NCBI GenBank assembly: GCA_944389015.1
Contig: CALXKS010000067.1
Coordinates: forward strand, 18,102-82,101
From: an uncultured Spirochaetaceae bacterium
Lineage (GTDB): Bacteria > Spirochaetota > Spirochaetia > Sphaerochaetales > Sphaerochaetaceae
Length of the DNA: 64,000 nt
Direction of reading: 5' to 3'
Program-made: the position numbers and the translations under genes
The notes under the pieces: model-generated
What the model saw: only the letters and a program-made list of their open reading frames with translations
What the model was told of the DNA's origin: nothing
Database searches by the model: none
Shown here: piece by piece, positions 47,365 to 56,039 of the stretch
How the letters are laid out: each line of letters begins with the position of its first letter
Position numbering within the stretch: the first letter of the stretch is position 1

Positions 47365-47889
47365 CTATCTGGAATATTCATGGCCTCTGCTGTCGATCAT
47401 GCAGAAAACAGGGAAATCACTGATTGTCAGCTTCAGCAGTGCTTCCGGGCCAAGCTCCGGGTATGCGATGACCTCTGCTGTCTTTATGCAGGATGAATAG
47501 AGAGCTCCGCATCCTCCATATGCCTGAAGATAAAGCCCTCCATTGCGGCCTATAGCCTCCACAACAGGCCTCTTCCTTGGTCCCTTGCCGACAATGACCT
47601 TGAGACCATGATCTGCCAGAAGAGGAGCAAACGGATCCATTCTCATGCTCGTTGTTGGTCCAGCTGCTCCCAGGACAAAGCCATCAGGAGCAGGAGACGG
47701 GCCCATGTAATAGATGGCATTGCCATTGAAATCAAAAGGCAGCGCTTCATTTCCCATGATTGAATCATAAAGCCTCTTATGGACCTGATCCCGGCCAACA
47801 TAGAGAATTCCGGAAAGAACCACTTCATCCCCAGGCTCAATCGGGAGAAGATCCTTGTCATCATATGGCAGTTCAAGCACCCTTCTCAT
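47365..47889 (-). CDS. Fe-S hydro-lyase beta subunit (class I fumarate hydratase / tartrate dehydratase C-terminal domain)
   Basis: 174 aa. LSGILYVGRDQVHKRL, IYYMGPSP, GPTTSMRMDPF, VIVGKGPR. Confidence 0.8.
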   Translation of the reverse strand: MRRVLELPYDDKDLLPIEPGDEVVLSGILYVGRDQVHKRLYDSIMGNEALPFDFNGNAIYYMGPSPAPDGFVLGAAGPTTSMRMDPFAPLLADHGLKVIVGKGPRKRPVVEAIGRNGGLYLQAYGGCGALYSSCIKTAEVIAYPELGPEALLKLTISDFPVFCMIDSRGHEYSR

Positions 47890-48704
47890 ATCTCCCCCTC
47901 CTTGAAGACAATCTCCGCCATCCTCTCTGCCCAGCAGTTCACAGTCACAGCAACAGGAAGCCCTGCTATATGGGTCGGCTCCTCTATAACCGATACTGAG
48001 AGTGCTGTGTAATGTCCTCCAAGCCCTCCTGGCCCGATTCCGAGCTCATTCACCTTTTTAAGGATCCTGTCAGCAAGTTCTTTATCCGAGGGATGGAAGA
48101 ATGCCTTCTTGGAAAGCACAGCGGCCCTATCCATCGTCCCTCCTATGCCTACACCGATGAATTCAGGCGGGCATGGTTTTCCTCCTGCTTCCCTTATGAT
48201 ATCAACAACGGCAGCAATGACCCCATCCTCACCTGCAGTCGGATTGAGCATACGCACACCAGAGCAGTTCTCTGACCCGAAGCCCTTGAGGAGGAAATGA
48301 AGGATGATATCGCTTCCCGGTATGCTCTCATAGACAATCACAGGGGGAAGATTCGTTCCTGTATTACCCCTGGAATACACAGGATCGGCAACGATGCTCT
48401 TTCTGTAGAATCCATCAACCGCAGCCTTTCCTGCGCCATTGATGATGGCATCCTCGACACGGCTGAGAGGCACCCTGCTATCCCGCCCAATAGAAGCAAG
48501 GCACCAGAACATCCCCGTATCCTGGCATAGCGGCAATCCCGTTTCCCTGCTGATCTTTATATTCTTCTCGATAGCTTCCAGTACCAGCCTGCCTGAAGGA
48601 TGGCTTTCATTCACAGCAGCTTCATGTATCAGCTCCGAGGCTTTATCCGGCAATCTTCTGATAGCTTTGATCAGTGCATCACTGATTGCTTTCTCAGCAT
48701 CCAT
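47886..48704 (-). CDS. Fe-S hydro-lyase alpha subunit (class I fumarate hydratase / tartrate dehydratase N-terminal domain)
   Basis: Start ATG 48704, after AAGGAG. GLPLCQDTGM, GFGSENCS, CPPEFIGVGIGGT. The ORF-track N-terminal extension overlaps the upstream gene and is rejected. Confidence 0.8.
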   Translation of the reverse strand: MDAEKAISDALIKAIRRLPDKASELIHEAAVNESHPSGRLVLEAIEKNIKISRETGLPLCQDTGMFWCLASIGRDSRVPLSRVEDAIINGAGKAAVDGFYRKSIVADPVYSRGNTGTNLPPVIVYESIPGSDIILHFLLKGFGSENCSGVRMLNPTAGEDGVIAAVVDIIREAGGKPCPPEFIGVGIGGTMDRAAVLSKKAFFHPSDKELADRILKKVNELGIGPGGLGGHYTALSVSVIEEPTHIAGLPVAVTVNCWAERMAEIVFKEGEI

Positions 48705-49683
48705 ATAGATCTCCTTGTCTGGTCCCATGCTCCTCCATTGCCCTGTCAAGATGGGAAAGAAAGAGCGATTTGTCAGGAAACACCCGAGGAGCTGCAAGTC
48801 TGTGCATCGGGGTTTCACAGATGAGACGCTGTACAATAGTATCAGGGGAGAGACGTCTGAGCGCAAGTTCAGCGCTTTCCAGGTATCGCTCTTCTGATGA
48901 TACAGTGAAAACTCCTTCAAGATATTCCTCTGAGAGCCTTGTCCCTCCCGGAACATGGAGGTTATGGATCTTTATACCTTCAGAGCCGACTGAGTTCACA
49001 AGATCTATCGTACGCATCTCATCATCGATAGTCTCGCCAGGAAGCCCAAGTATCACATGAGAAGAGAGCAGGAGACCATGATCATGGACACGCTCTGCAG
49101 CATCTTTCCATACTGCGCTTGTATGCCCTCTTCCGATGCGGAGAAGCGTCGAATCATCTGCGCTCTGAAGCCCCAGCTCAACCCATACACTCATTCCGGA
49201 AGATCCATAGGAGGACAACAGTGAAAGGACATCATCAGGAAGGCAGTCAGGACGGGTGGAGACAATGAACTCCTTATAGCTTCCCGTGCCAAGCGCCCTG
49301 TCATAGATCCTCCTCAGATTCTCAAGAGAATCATAGGTATTCGTATATGACTGGAAATATATTGAGAAGGCTTTTGCCCCATAGCGCCTTGAAAGGAATG
49401 TCTTTCCCCGCTGTATCTGCTCCTCAATAGAGAGAAGCCTGGGAAGAAGAGATTGGGAGATCTCGTCATCGAATGCGCTGCTGTGGGTGAATCCGGACTC
49501 GCTTTTACGCTGATATACTGCAACAGCACCCGTTCCATCGCAGAAAGAACATCCTCCATGTCCTTCCTTATCCCTGTTCGGACATGAGAACCCGCCATCG
49601 ATACCGATTCTATAAACAGGACAGCCGTAAAGCCTCTCCAGATAGTCCCTGTAGTTATTCCAGCGGCTGTACATATCACTCAA
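48694..49683 (-). CDS. TIGR01212-family (YhcC-like) radical SAM protein
   Basis: 329 aa. YRIGIDGGFSCPNRDKEGHGGCSFCDGTG is the characteristic N-terminal cluster region of this family. Confidence 0.8.
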   Translation of the reverse strand: MSDMYSRWNNYRDYLERLYGCPVYRIGIDGGFSCPNRDKEGHGGCSFCDGTGAVAVYQRKSESGFTHSSAFDDEISQSLLPRLLSIEEQIQRGKTFLSRRYGAKAFSIYFQSYTNTYDSLENLRRIYDRALGTGSYKEFIVSTRPDCLPDDVLSLLSSYGSSGMSVWVELGLQSADDSTLLRIGRGHTSAVWKDAAERVHDHGLLLSSHVILGLPGETIDDEMRTIDLVNSVGSEGIKIHNLHVPGGTRLSEEYLEGVFTVSSEERYLESAELALRRLSPDTIVQRLICETPMHRLAAPRVFPDKSLFLSHLDRAMEEHGTRQGDLYGC

Positions 49684-51850
49684 TGGTCACCATCAGGGAA
49701 ACCCTAGGTGTTCCTGAAATATATACCTCTGCAGCGATCTTTCCGAACCCTGTGATGATTCCACCTGCTATATAACCGCCTATATCGATATCATCCATAG
49801 TCGCGAAAGGAATAAGCTCGCTGACCCTCCATGGCTGCGTTCCTTCTTCCATAGCCCCCTTGCCGAATCCTTCCGCGTATACACCAGCATCAATGAATGC
49901 AGAAGCAGGCAGAGGCAGCCGTATGCCTCCCATGACATAGGCATAATCGAAGGTTATCCTGCCTGTGTGCATAACCTGATACGCAGCAGAGAGCATCCTT
50001 GATCTTCGGATGGTCGAGGCTTCTCCCTCGAAAATGAATTTGAATGATGCGGTAGGACCATAGGCCCCGAAGAAATCCATGGAGAATGAATAGGCGAAGA
50101 TATTATCAGGGATATCGCATCCTGCAGTCATGATAAGGCTGAATTCAAAACCATCATCGGAAGCTCTTTCCCCTCTGTATCCATCATATACAAGACCGAT
50201 TCCGCCATATGGATAGACATTGTGGGTCTGCTTGAGAAGCTCCTGGCCGCTCAGCGATATGCCAGAGATATAGCTGTAATCCGCACCTGCGATTATATCA
50301 AGCCTGAAATCATTCCTATATACATACCCGATCCCGAGTTTTCCGAAGAGCCCGACATCATTGCCCAGATTGTAGTTCTTCGTTCCAGGTATCGATAAGT
50401 AGGAAAGCTGTCCGTATTTCACTCCTATATCCCCATAGAGGAATGCAGTATCGAAGAATGGATACGACAGCCCTGCATCAAGAGCTATTCCCTCATCGAT
50501 TATTATTCCGTATGTGAGGTAAAGAGAGGGGATAAGCGCAATCTGCCCGGAAAGCGTGAACTCAGGATTATAGACAAAGTAGACGCTATCGCCATCATAG
50601 CGCAGCCCCACTCCTCCATTGAGTCCTAATGATATATCTCCAGAAAGAAGCGGATAAGGTTCGGACATTACAGTAAGAACACCATCGGATATCTCATATG
50701 TTACGCTTTTCAGCCTTTCATGCTCCCTTATCTCCGCAAGGAGCCCCTCGAACTCGGTTATCGTCCAGTAATCCATAGGCCGGCCGACATAGGCTTCAAG
50801 ATCATCATCGTATGTTGAAGCCACATCATGGACTATCTTCTCAATCAGCGGAGCTTCGATATCCCCATAGAGAACACGCTCCTTCTCTCCTTTGTATGGG
50901 CCAAGCATTGCTTCAAGCTCATCGAAGACCGACATCCTGGCCTCGACTGCTTCCTGTCCTTTCTTCAATATCTCAGGGATCCTGCCGAAGTCCATTGCGG
51001 AATATGATGTAAGGTCGGGGACTATTACCCAGTCCGCGTTGCCATACTGCCTCATCGTATTCGGACGCGTAAGATAATCGGTGAACTCGGTGAATGCCCC
51101 AGAGAGAGTATCGGCTTTATTCTCCGCAGCATACATTCCCATGACATCGCCGACATCGACAGCCAGAACGATATCAGCCCCGAGCTCCCGGGCAAGGTCC
51201 ACAGGCATGTTATCCTCAAGACCGCCGTCCATCACATAGCTGCCATCATCAAGCTGGACTGGTGCGAACACTAAAGGAATCGCCATCGAGGCCCTCATCG
51301 CATCGAAGAGAGAACCCGAGCTGAAGACTATACGCCTGCTGTTTGTGACATCGGCACCAATGCATCGGAAAGGAATAGGAAGATCATCGAAATCGGTAAC
51401 ATCAAGAACCTTTGAGAGATGACGCCTTATGAAGGCATTCACATACTGGTCATCCAGAAGTCCATTTGCGGCCCCTATTCCCTCGATTCCGAACTCGACA
51501 GTGAGAAGATTAGTATCATAACCAAGGAAAGGATTGGTAACAGTGCTGTTCTCCCTGACAGCATAGAGCTGGAATATCATCCCCATGAAATCAGTTATAT
51601 TGATGACTCTCTCAAGCTCTTCCCCGGTATAGCCAGCTGCATAGAACCCCCCGATAAGAGCTCCCATGCTTGTTCCGAGAACCATATCCGGAACAATACC
51701 GCGTCTGTCCAGCTCCTTAAGGATCGGCACATGCGCGATTCCTTTGGCTCCACCTCCGGAAAGAACAAGTGCGAACACAGGCTTGTCAGCAGCAGAAAGA
51801 CCTGAAAGCAGAACAGCAAGAACAAGAAGGACAGCCAGGAATCTCCTCAT
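49676..51850 (-). CDS. Patatin-like phospholipase fused to a POTRA-like segment and a C-terminal beta-barrel-like domain (PlpD / type Vd-like architecture)
   Basis: Start ATG 51850 (ATGA overlap with fmt), then a signal peptide. SGGGAKG oxyanion motif, GTSMG (GxSxG), MDGG (Asp of dyad). The last ~330 aa are Gly/Tyr-rich alternating beta-strand sequence. Confidence 0.75.
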   Translation of the reverse strand: MRRFLAVLLVLAVLLSGLSAADKPVFALVLSGGGAKGIAHVPILKELDRRGIVPDMVLGTSMGALIGGFYAAGYTGEELERVINITDFMGMIFQLYAVRENSTVTNPFLGYDTNLLTVEFGIEGIGAANGLLDDQYVNAFIRRHLSKVLDVTDFDDLPIPFRCIGADVTNSRRIVFSSGSLFDAMRASMAIPLVFAPVQLDDGSYVMDGGLEDNMPVDLARELGADIVLAVDVGDVMGMYAAENKADTLSGAFTEFTDYLTRPNTMRQYGNADWVIVPDLTSYSAMDFGRIPEILKKGQEAVEARMSVFDELEAMLGPYKGEKERVLYGDIEAPLIEKIVHDVASTYDDDLEAYVGRPMDYWTITEFEGLLAEIREHERLKSVTYEISDGVLTVMSEPYPLLSGDISLGLNGGVGLRYDGDSVYFVYNPEFTLSGQIALIPSLYLTYGIIIDEGIALDAGLSYPFFDTAFLYGDIGVKYGQLSYLSIPGTKNYNLGNDVGLFGKLGIGYVYRNDFRLDIIAGADYSYISGISLSGQELLKQTHNVYPYGGIGLVYDGYRGERASDDGFEFSLIMTAGCDIPDNIFAYSFSMDFFGAYGPTASFKFIFEGEASTIRRSRMLSAAYQVMHTGRITFDYAYVMGGIRLPLPASAFIDAGVYAEGFGKGAMEEGTQPWRVSELIPFATMDDIDIGGYIAGGIITGFGKIAAEVYISGTPRVSLMVTIE

Positions 51851-52773
51851 TTCAGCACCTTCCCGCAAAGTCCTCTGCAGCCATTGGCAAATGAGAGGGC
51901 ATCCATTTCCTTCTTCATAGGAGGAAGAACACGGGAAGCATAGATGTAACCGGAGCCCGTCGCAATCTTCAGCCCCTTTCCCTTAACTGCACCCACGACA
52001 GTCCCTGGCTCTTCAGAAGAAGCTTCCACATCATCAAAAGCAGATCCATATACCCCTGTGATATACAGAGGGTGTTCATCAAGAAGACAATATGCCTTAG
52101 GCCATGGATAGCATGCGCGTATGAGAGCGTGTATGACAGGCGCAGGCTCATTGAAATCAATCCGGCCATCTTCCTTTCCTATCATGGCAGTGTATGATGG
52201 CTCTCCTGTCTGCTCTTCCGGGATTATCCTATCGATTTCATCAAGCACGGGGAGCACAAGCGATGGTGCAAGCCCTGCGGCAATACTCTCAGCTTCAGCA
52301 AGATCCTCTGTTCCATCAAGATCGAATGATATGGTTCTGTAAATCCTGCCCTCATCGATTCCCGGAGCTATCTCCTGCAGCGTAATCCCGCTCTTCCTGT
52401 CAAGATTGCGAATCGCAGCATACAGAGGAGCGCATCCACGGTACTTCGGGAGAAGCGACGGATGGACATTGAATGTATATCTGAAGAGCGAGAGGAACAT
52501 CGGCCCGAAGATCTTCCCATAGCAGAATGACATCAAAGCATCAGGAGCAAGATCCCTGACATATGCCCTGGCCTCCTTCTTCAATGTTTCCGGCTGCCAG
52601 ACTTCCAGACCAAGCTCCAGAGCCTCTTTCTTCACAGGCGATGGCACCAGGGATTTCCCCCTCTTTCCAGGAGCATCCGGTGCTGTAAGTACTGCTGCGA
52701 TAACCCCGCGCTCATTAAGTGCTCTGAGAAGCGGAACAGCTATCTCCCCCGTTGCAGCATAGAGAATCCTCAT
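51847..52773 (-). CDS. fmt: Methionyl-tRNA formyltransferase
   Basis: 308 aa. NVHPSLLPKYRGCAPL motif plus C-terminal tRNA-binding domain. ATGA overlap with def. Confidence 0.9.
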   Translation of the reverse strand: MRILYAATGEIAVPLLRALNERGVIAAVLTAPDAPGKRGKSLVPSPVKKEALELGLEVWQPETLKKEARAYVRDLAPDALMSFCYGKIFGPMFLSLFRYTFNVHPSLLPKYRGCAPLYAAIRNLDRKSGITLQEIAPGIDEGRIYRTISFDLDGTEDLAEAESIAAGLAPSLVLPVLDEIDRIIPEEQTGEPSYTAMIGKEDGRIDFNEPAPVIHALIRACYPWPKAYCLLDEHPLYITGVYGSAFDDVEASSEEPGTVVGAVKGKGLKIATGSGYIYASRVLPPMKKEMDALSFANGCRGLCGKVLK

Positions 52774-53279
52774 TTCCTTCTTCTGCCTCCATGATGCCTG
52801 TTCTTTCTCTCGTACTCCTTGATTGCCCTCTCTCTGTCCTTATCGGAAAGATGATCGACATAGAGCTTACCATGGAGATGGTCATTCTCATGCTGGATCA
52901 CTCTGGCAAGGAGTCCTGTTGCTTCAATCGTGAAGGGCTTACCTGTTACGTCCTGGGCCTGAACCGTTACAGCAGAGGGCCTTATGACATTGAAATAGAC
53001 TCCGGGTATTGATAGACAGCCCTCCTCATACGGAGACGTCTCTATGCTTGTCTGGATTATCTCAGGATTGACGAAGACAATCGGATCATTATCTGGAATC
53101 TCAACAACGAAAATCCTCTCGGGAACACCGACCTGAGGTCCTGCAAGCCCCACCCCATCAGCTTCTCTGAGAGTCTCAATCATAGCATCGGCAAGCATTT
53201 TCAGAGCCGAATCGAAAACTTTTACTTCACTGCATTCCTTGCGGAGAACTTCATCTCCAAGTGTATATATATCCAGCAT
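52770..53279 (-). CDS. def: Peptide deformylase
   Basis: 169 aa. GVGLAGPQVG, EGCLSIPG, QHENDHLHG: all three PDF motifs. Confidence 0.95.
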   Translation of the reverse strand: MLDIYTLGDEVLRKECSEVKVFDSALKMLADAMIETLREADGVGLAGPQVGVPERIFVVEIPDNDPIVFVNPEIIQTSIETSPYEEGCLSIPGVYFNVIRPSAVTVQAQDVTGKPFTIEATGLLARVIQHENDHLHGKLYVDHLSDKDRERAIKEYERKNRHHGGRRRK

Positions 53280-53325
53280 ATCTCCATAAATTTACGATAT
53301 ATATCGAAGAATGTCAGCATAGTTA

Positions 53326-53359
53326 GCAAAGAAGCCAGGACCCGTGACAGGATCCTGGC
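53326..53359 (-). terminator. Rho-independent terminator after the beta-helix protein gene
   Basis: Minus strand: GCCAGGA...TCCTGGC stem followed by TTCTTTGC. Confidence 0.5.
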
Positions 53360-53380
53360 AGGAAATAAATAGATGAATGA

Positions 53381-55960
53381 TTACTCTGTAATGGTTATCT
53401 CCTGACCATCCTCTATGAAGGTACCTCCGTAGACATAGTATCCAGCGCTCTCAAGCTCCGTACGGCTAGCTCCGATCTGCCATGAAGGCATACCCTCAAA
53501 TGCAGAGAACACATGGCCCTTATCCGTACCTGTATTCCTGAATACTCCTCCATAAATGAAGAATGCACTATTTGTACCACTATCAAGCGTCAATGTATGC
53601 CATGCCTTTCTTCCGTATACATCCACCTCGCAATCATTGATGGTTATCTCACCTGCATCAGCTGAAATACCGCCATTCATGCTTCCATAGACATGACCGC
53701 CATTGATTTCAAGAGAGCCTTCGCTTCTTATTGCATAAGAGAATACATCGGCACCTCCTTCCCATGTTCCATAGTTATCAACACATGTGAAATATCCGCC
53801 ATTTATTGTGGCATTTCCGATATTCCTCAAAGCGGTTCCATATGTTGTATCATTAGCATTTGTTATATCGATATCACTATCTCCGAAAGTTCCACTGTTT
53901 ATGACAAGCTCTCCATAGTTGCGGATAGCATCATGTGCAAATCCATTTTCAGGAAGTATTTTTGAGGAATTATAAACTATACCAGTCCCTTTCTCTTCTT
54001 CGCTGTCAGAGGAATCATTGATTGTGAGATTTCCGAAGTTCCCTATGGAATATCCTTTAAACCTGCTTTCAATCACATGTCCATTGAGATCAAGGACTGC
54101 TGTTGTTCCTTTTGGGACATAGATGATGTGGTCCGTTGTGATATCGCACATCAGCTTCACATTCCCATCAAGGATGATTGCTGACTTATCATCATACCCA
54201 GCCTCTCCTCCGATAGATATGATAGCTCTTCTCTCGAAGCCATCTTCGGAATAGATCGATCTGCCGCTGTAAGCCTCAACAGACCAGCCTGCATCGGTTT
54301 TCTCGGACGCGAAACCTTCTGCTATGTACTTATCTTCTGGCTTGGTGCTGAATATACCTCCGGAAATGAATTTTTCTTTATCCAGACTGACAACAGCATT
54401 ATCTCCACCATTTGTAGCATTGAATGAACCACCAGTGATAATTATAGTCACATCGGATGCATCCATGTTGTTCGGGTCTGACTGGTATACAGATGCACAT
54501 CCATTGAACTCGCCTCCTGAAATCGTAACATTAACAGGAATATCAGTTGTGTGCTGTGCAATACCTATTGCTGCACCAGATGTTGTTGTGCCATTCCCAT
54601 TTGGAACAGAGCCCTCTGGGGTAGTCGATGCCGTGAATTTACCACCTGTTATCGTAAGCTTGCCAGCTCTGATCTCAATTGCTGTATCCTTGCCAGTAAG
54701 CTCGCCTCCATTCACGGTAAGGGTACCATTCTGAGGATGATATATAGCGGCTCCCTCATTGCTGATCAGGGTACCGTCTTCAATAAGAATATCCGTACTA
54801 TCCTCTTCTACAACAGTCCCCTGTCCCGCAATTGCATAATACATACCGATAAGAGTGCCATTCTTTACGGTAAGGGCAGCCTTATGGCCCTCTTTAGGCC
54901 AGACACCGACAGCACAGTATATCGCATAATAGTTCTCTTTTCCCTGTCTTCTATTGGTAGTACCGTCAATCCTTCCTTTCTTTGCCTCACTCGTGTCATC
55001 GATTACGATATCCGAATCATTGCCAACAAGAATAATGCCTTTCGTGGCGACAAGAGTAGCACTGCCGGAAATGGTCTTTCCATTGAGATCAAGAGTAAGA
55101 TTCTTATTCGTGAGCTGGAAAAGCTCATCTGTGACGATATCCTTTCCCAGTTTTATGACACTGCCATCCAAAGCCCACTTGAAGGCCTCCTTCAGAGTAG
55201 CATAGCCTTTGTTCTGCACTGTATCGATAACAGCAAAGCTCTCCCCATCCACTGTCGGTGCCGCACCAGTCTTATCAGCGACTTCCTGGGCTATCTCGAA
55301 GGCCGCGGGATTATCGGAAGATACCTCAATCTTCAGACCGGCAAGCGATCCTGTGACGCTATCAGCAGTTGCATGTGCTCCAAGCTCAATGACAACCGTA
55401 CCGGAAGAAACACTTATATCGGAGAAGGAGGCATTGCCCCTATCGATGCTTATAACTGCTTTGACAAATTCCTTTGCTGCCTCTTCTACATTTACCTTCA
55501 GCGAACTGAATGCTGCATTGGCATTTCCTGCTATCTCAAAGATGCTGACAGCATTGCCCTGGGCTCTGGAACTTACCACGTTTTCTGCATCTTCCAGACT
55601 CCGTGTGGATACAAGCGTTGAGACATTAAGGCTTCCTGTTATTTTCACATCATTCCTGATGCGTAGAGGAAGCTGCCTCCATTCCGGATTGATGCTTACG
55701 TTTCTGATATCAATCGTATCGCCATCACCTGCCTGCCGAACTGCATTGACAAGTGAATCAAGATCTACGGCAACGAATGTCTCAGGAGTGGTATCGGCAT
55801 CGGGCGGCATTACAATCTGCACCTGCCTGCACGATGATGCTGTAATCAGGAGAGCAATGATTGCGATTGCCGCAATTATCCTACCCCCCCCCACTATGAA
55901 CGAATGGCCGTTCTTATGTTCTTTATCAAGAAAGAATTGCATTTCTTCCTCCTCGTCCAA
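53381..55960 (-). CDS. Large exported repeat protein, probable right-handed beta-helix with GGxF-type repeats (Pmp-like)
   Basis: 859 aa. N-terminal TM/lipobox-like IIALLITASSC. At least 10 repeats such as LTITGGKFTAS, VTISGGEFNGC, IITGGSFNATNGG, ISGGIFSTK, INSGTFGDS, INGGYFTCVDN, IYGGVFRNTG, VYGGTFIEDG. Confidence 0.6.
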   Translation of the reverse strand: MDEEEEMQFFLDKEHKNGHSFIVGGGRIIAAIAIIALLITASSCRQVQIVMPPDADTTPETFVAVDLDSLVNAVRQAGDGDTIDIRNVSINPEWRQLPLRIRNDVKITGSLNVSTLVSTRSLEDAENVVSSRAQGNAVSIFEIAGNANAAFSSLKVNVEEAAKEFVKAVISIDRGNASFSDISVSSGTVVIELGAHATADSVTGSLAGLKIEVSSDNPAAFEIAQEVADKTGAAPTVDGESFAVIDTVQNKGYATLKEAFKWALDGSVIKLGKDIVTDELFQLTNKNLTLDLNGKTISGSATLVATKGIILVGNDSDIVIDDTSEAKKGRIDGTTNRRQGKENYYAIYCAVGVWPKEGHKAALTVKNGTLIGMYYAIAGQGTVVEEDSTDILIEDGTLISNEGAAIYHPQNGTLTVNGGELTGKDTAIEIRAGKLTITGGKFTASTTPEGSVPNGNGTTTSGAAIGIAQHTTDIPVNVTISGGEFNGCASVYQSDPNNMDASDVTIIITGGSFNATNGGDNAVVSLDKEKFISGGIFSTKPEDKYIAEGFASEKTDAGWSVEAYSGRSIYSEDGFERRAIISIGGEAGYDDKSAIILDGNVKLMCDITTDHIIYVPKGTTAVLDLNGHVIESRFKGYSIGNFGNLTINDSSDSEEEKGTGIVYNSSKILPENGFAHDAIRNYGELVINSGTFGDSDIDITNANDTTYGTALRNIGNATINGGYFTCVDNYGTWEGGADVFSYAIRSEGSLEINGGHVYGSMNGGISADAGEITINDCEVDVYGRKAWHTLTLDSGTNSAFFIYGGVFRNTGTDKGHVFSAFEGMPSWQIGASRTELESAGYYVYGGTFIEDGQEITITE

Positions 55961-56039
55961 ACTGATATTGTCATCATAGCATCAGCTGACAGAAATCAGC
56001 AACTGATAAAAACAGGGGATTGGACAGAATCAGCAAAAT

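Noticed and set aside
54551-55621. Long antisense ORFs. Examples: 356 aa at 54551-55621; 256 aa at 55209-55979; 257 aa at 16250-17023; 252 aa at 14286-15044; 206 aa at 17216-17836; 218 aa at 21899-22555; 216 aa at 35720-36370.
   Set aside because: Each lies entirely opposite a confidently identified gene. Their composition is low-complexity or Cys/Ser/Arg-skewed, they carry no recognisable motifs, and they lack SD sequences. These are classic shadow ORFs.
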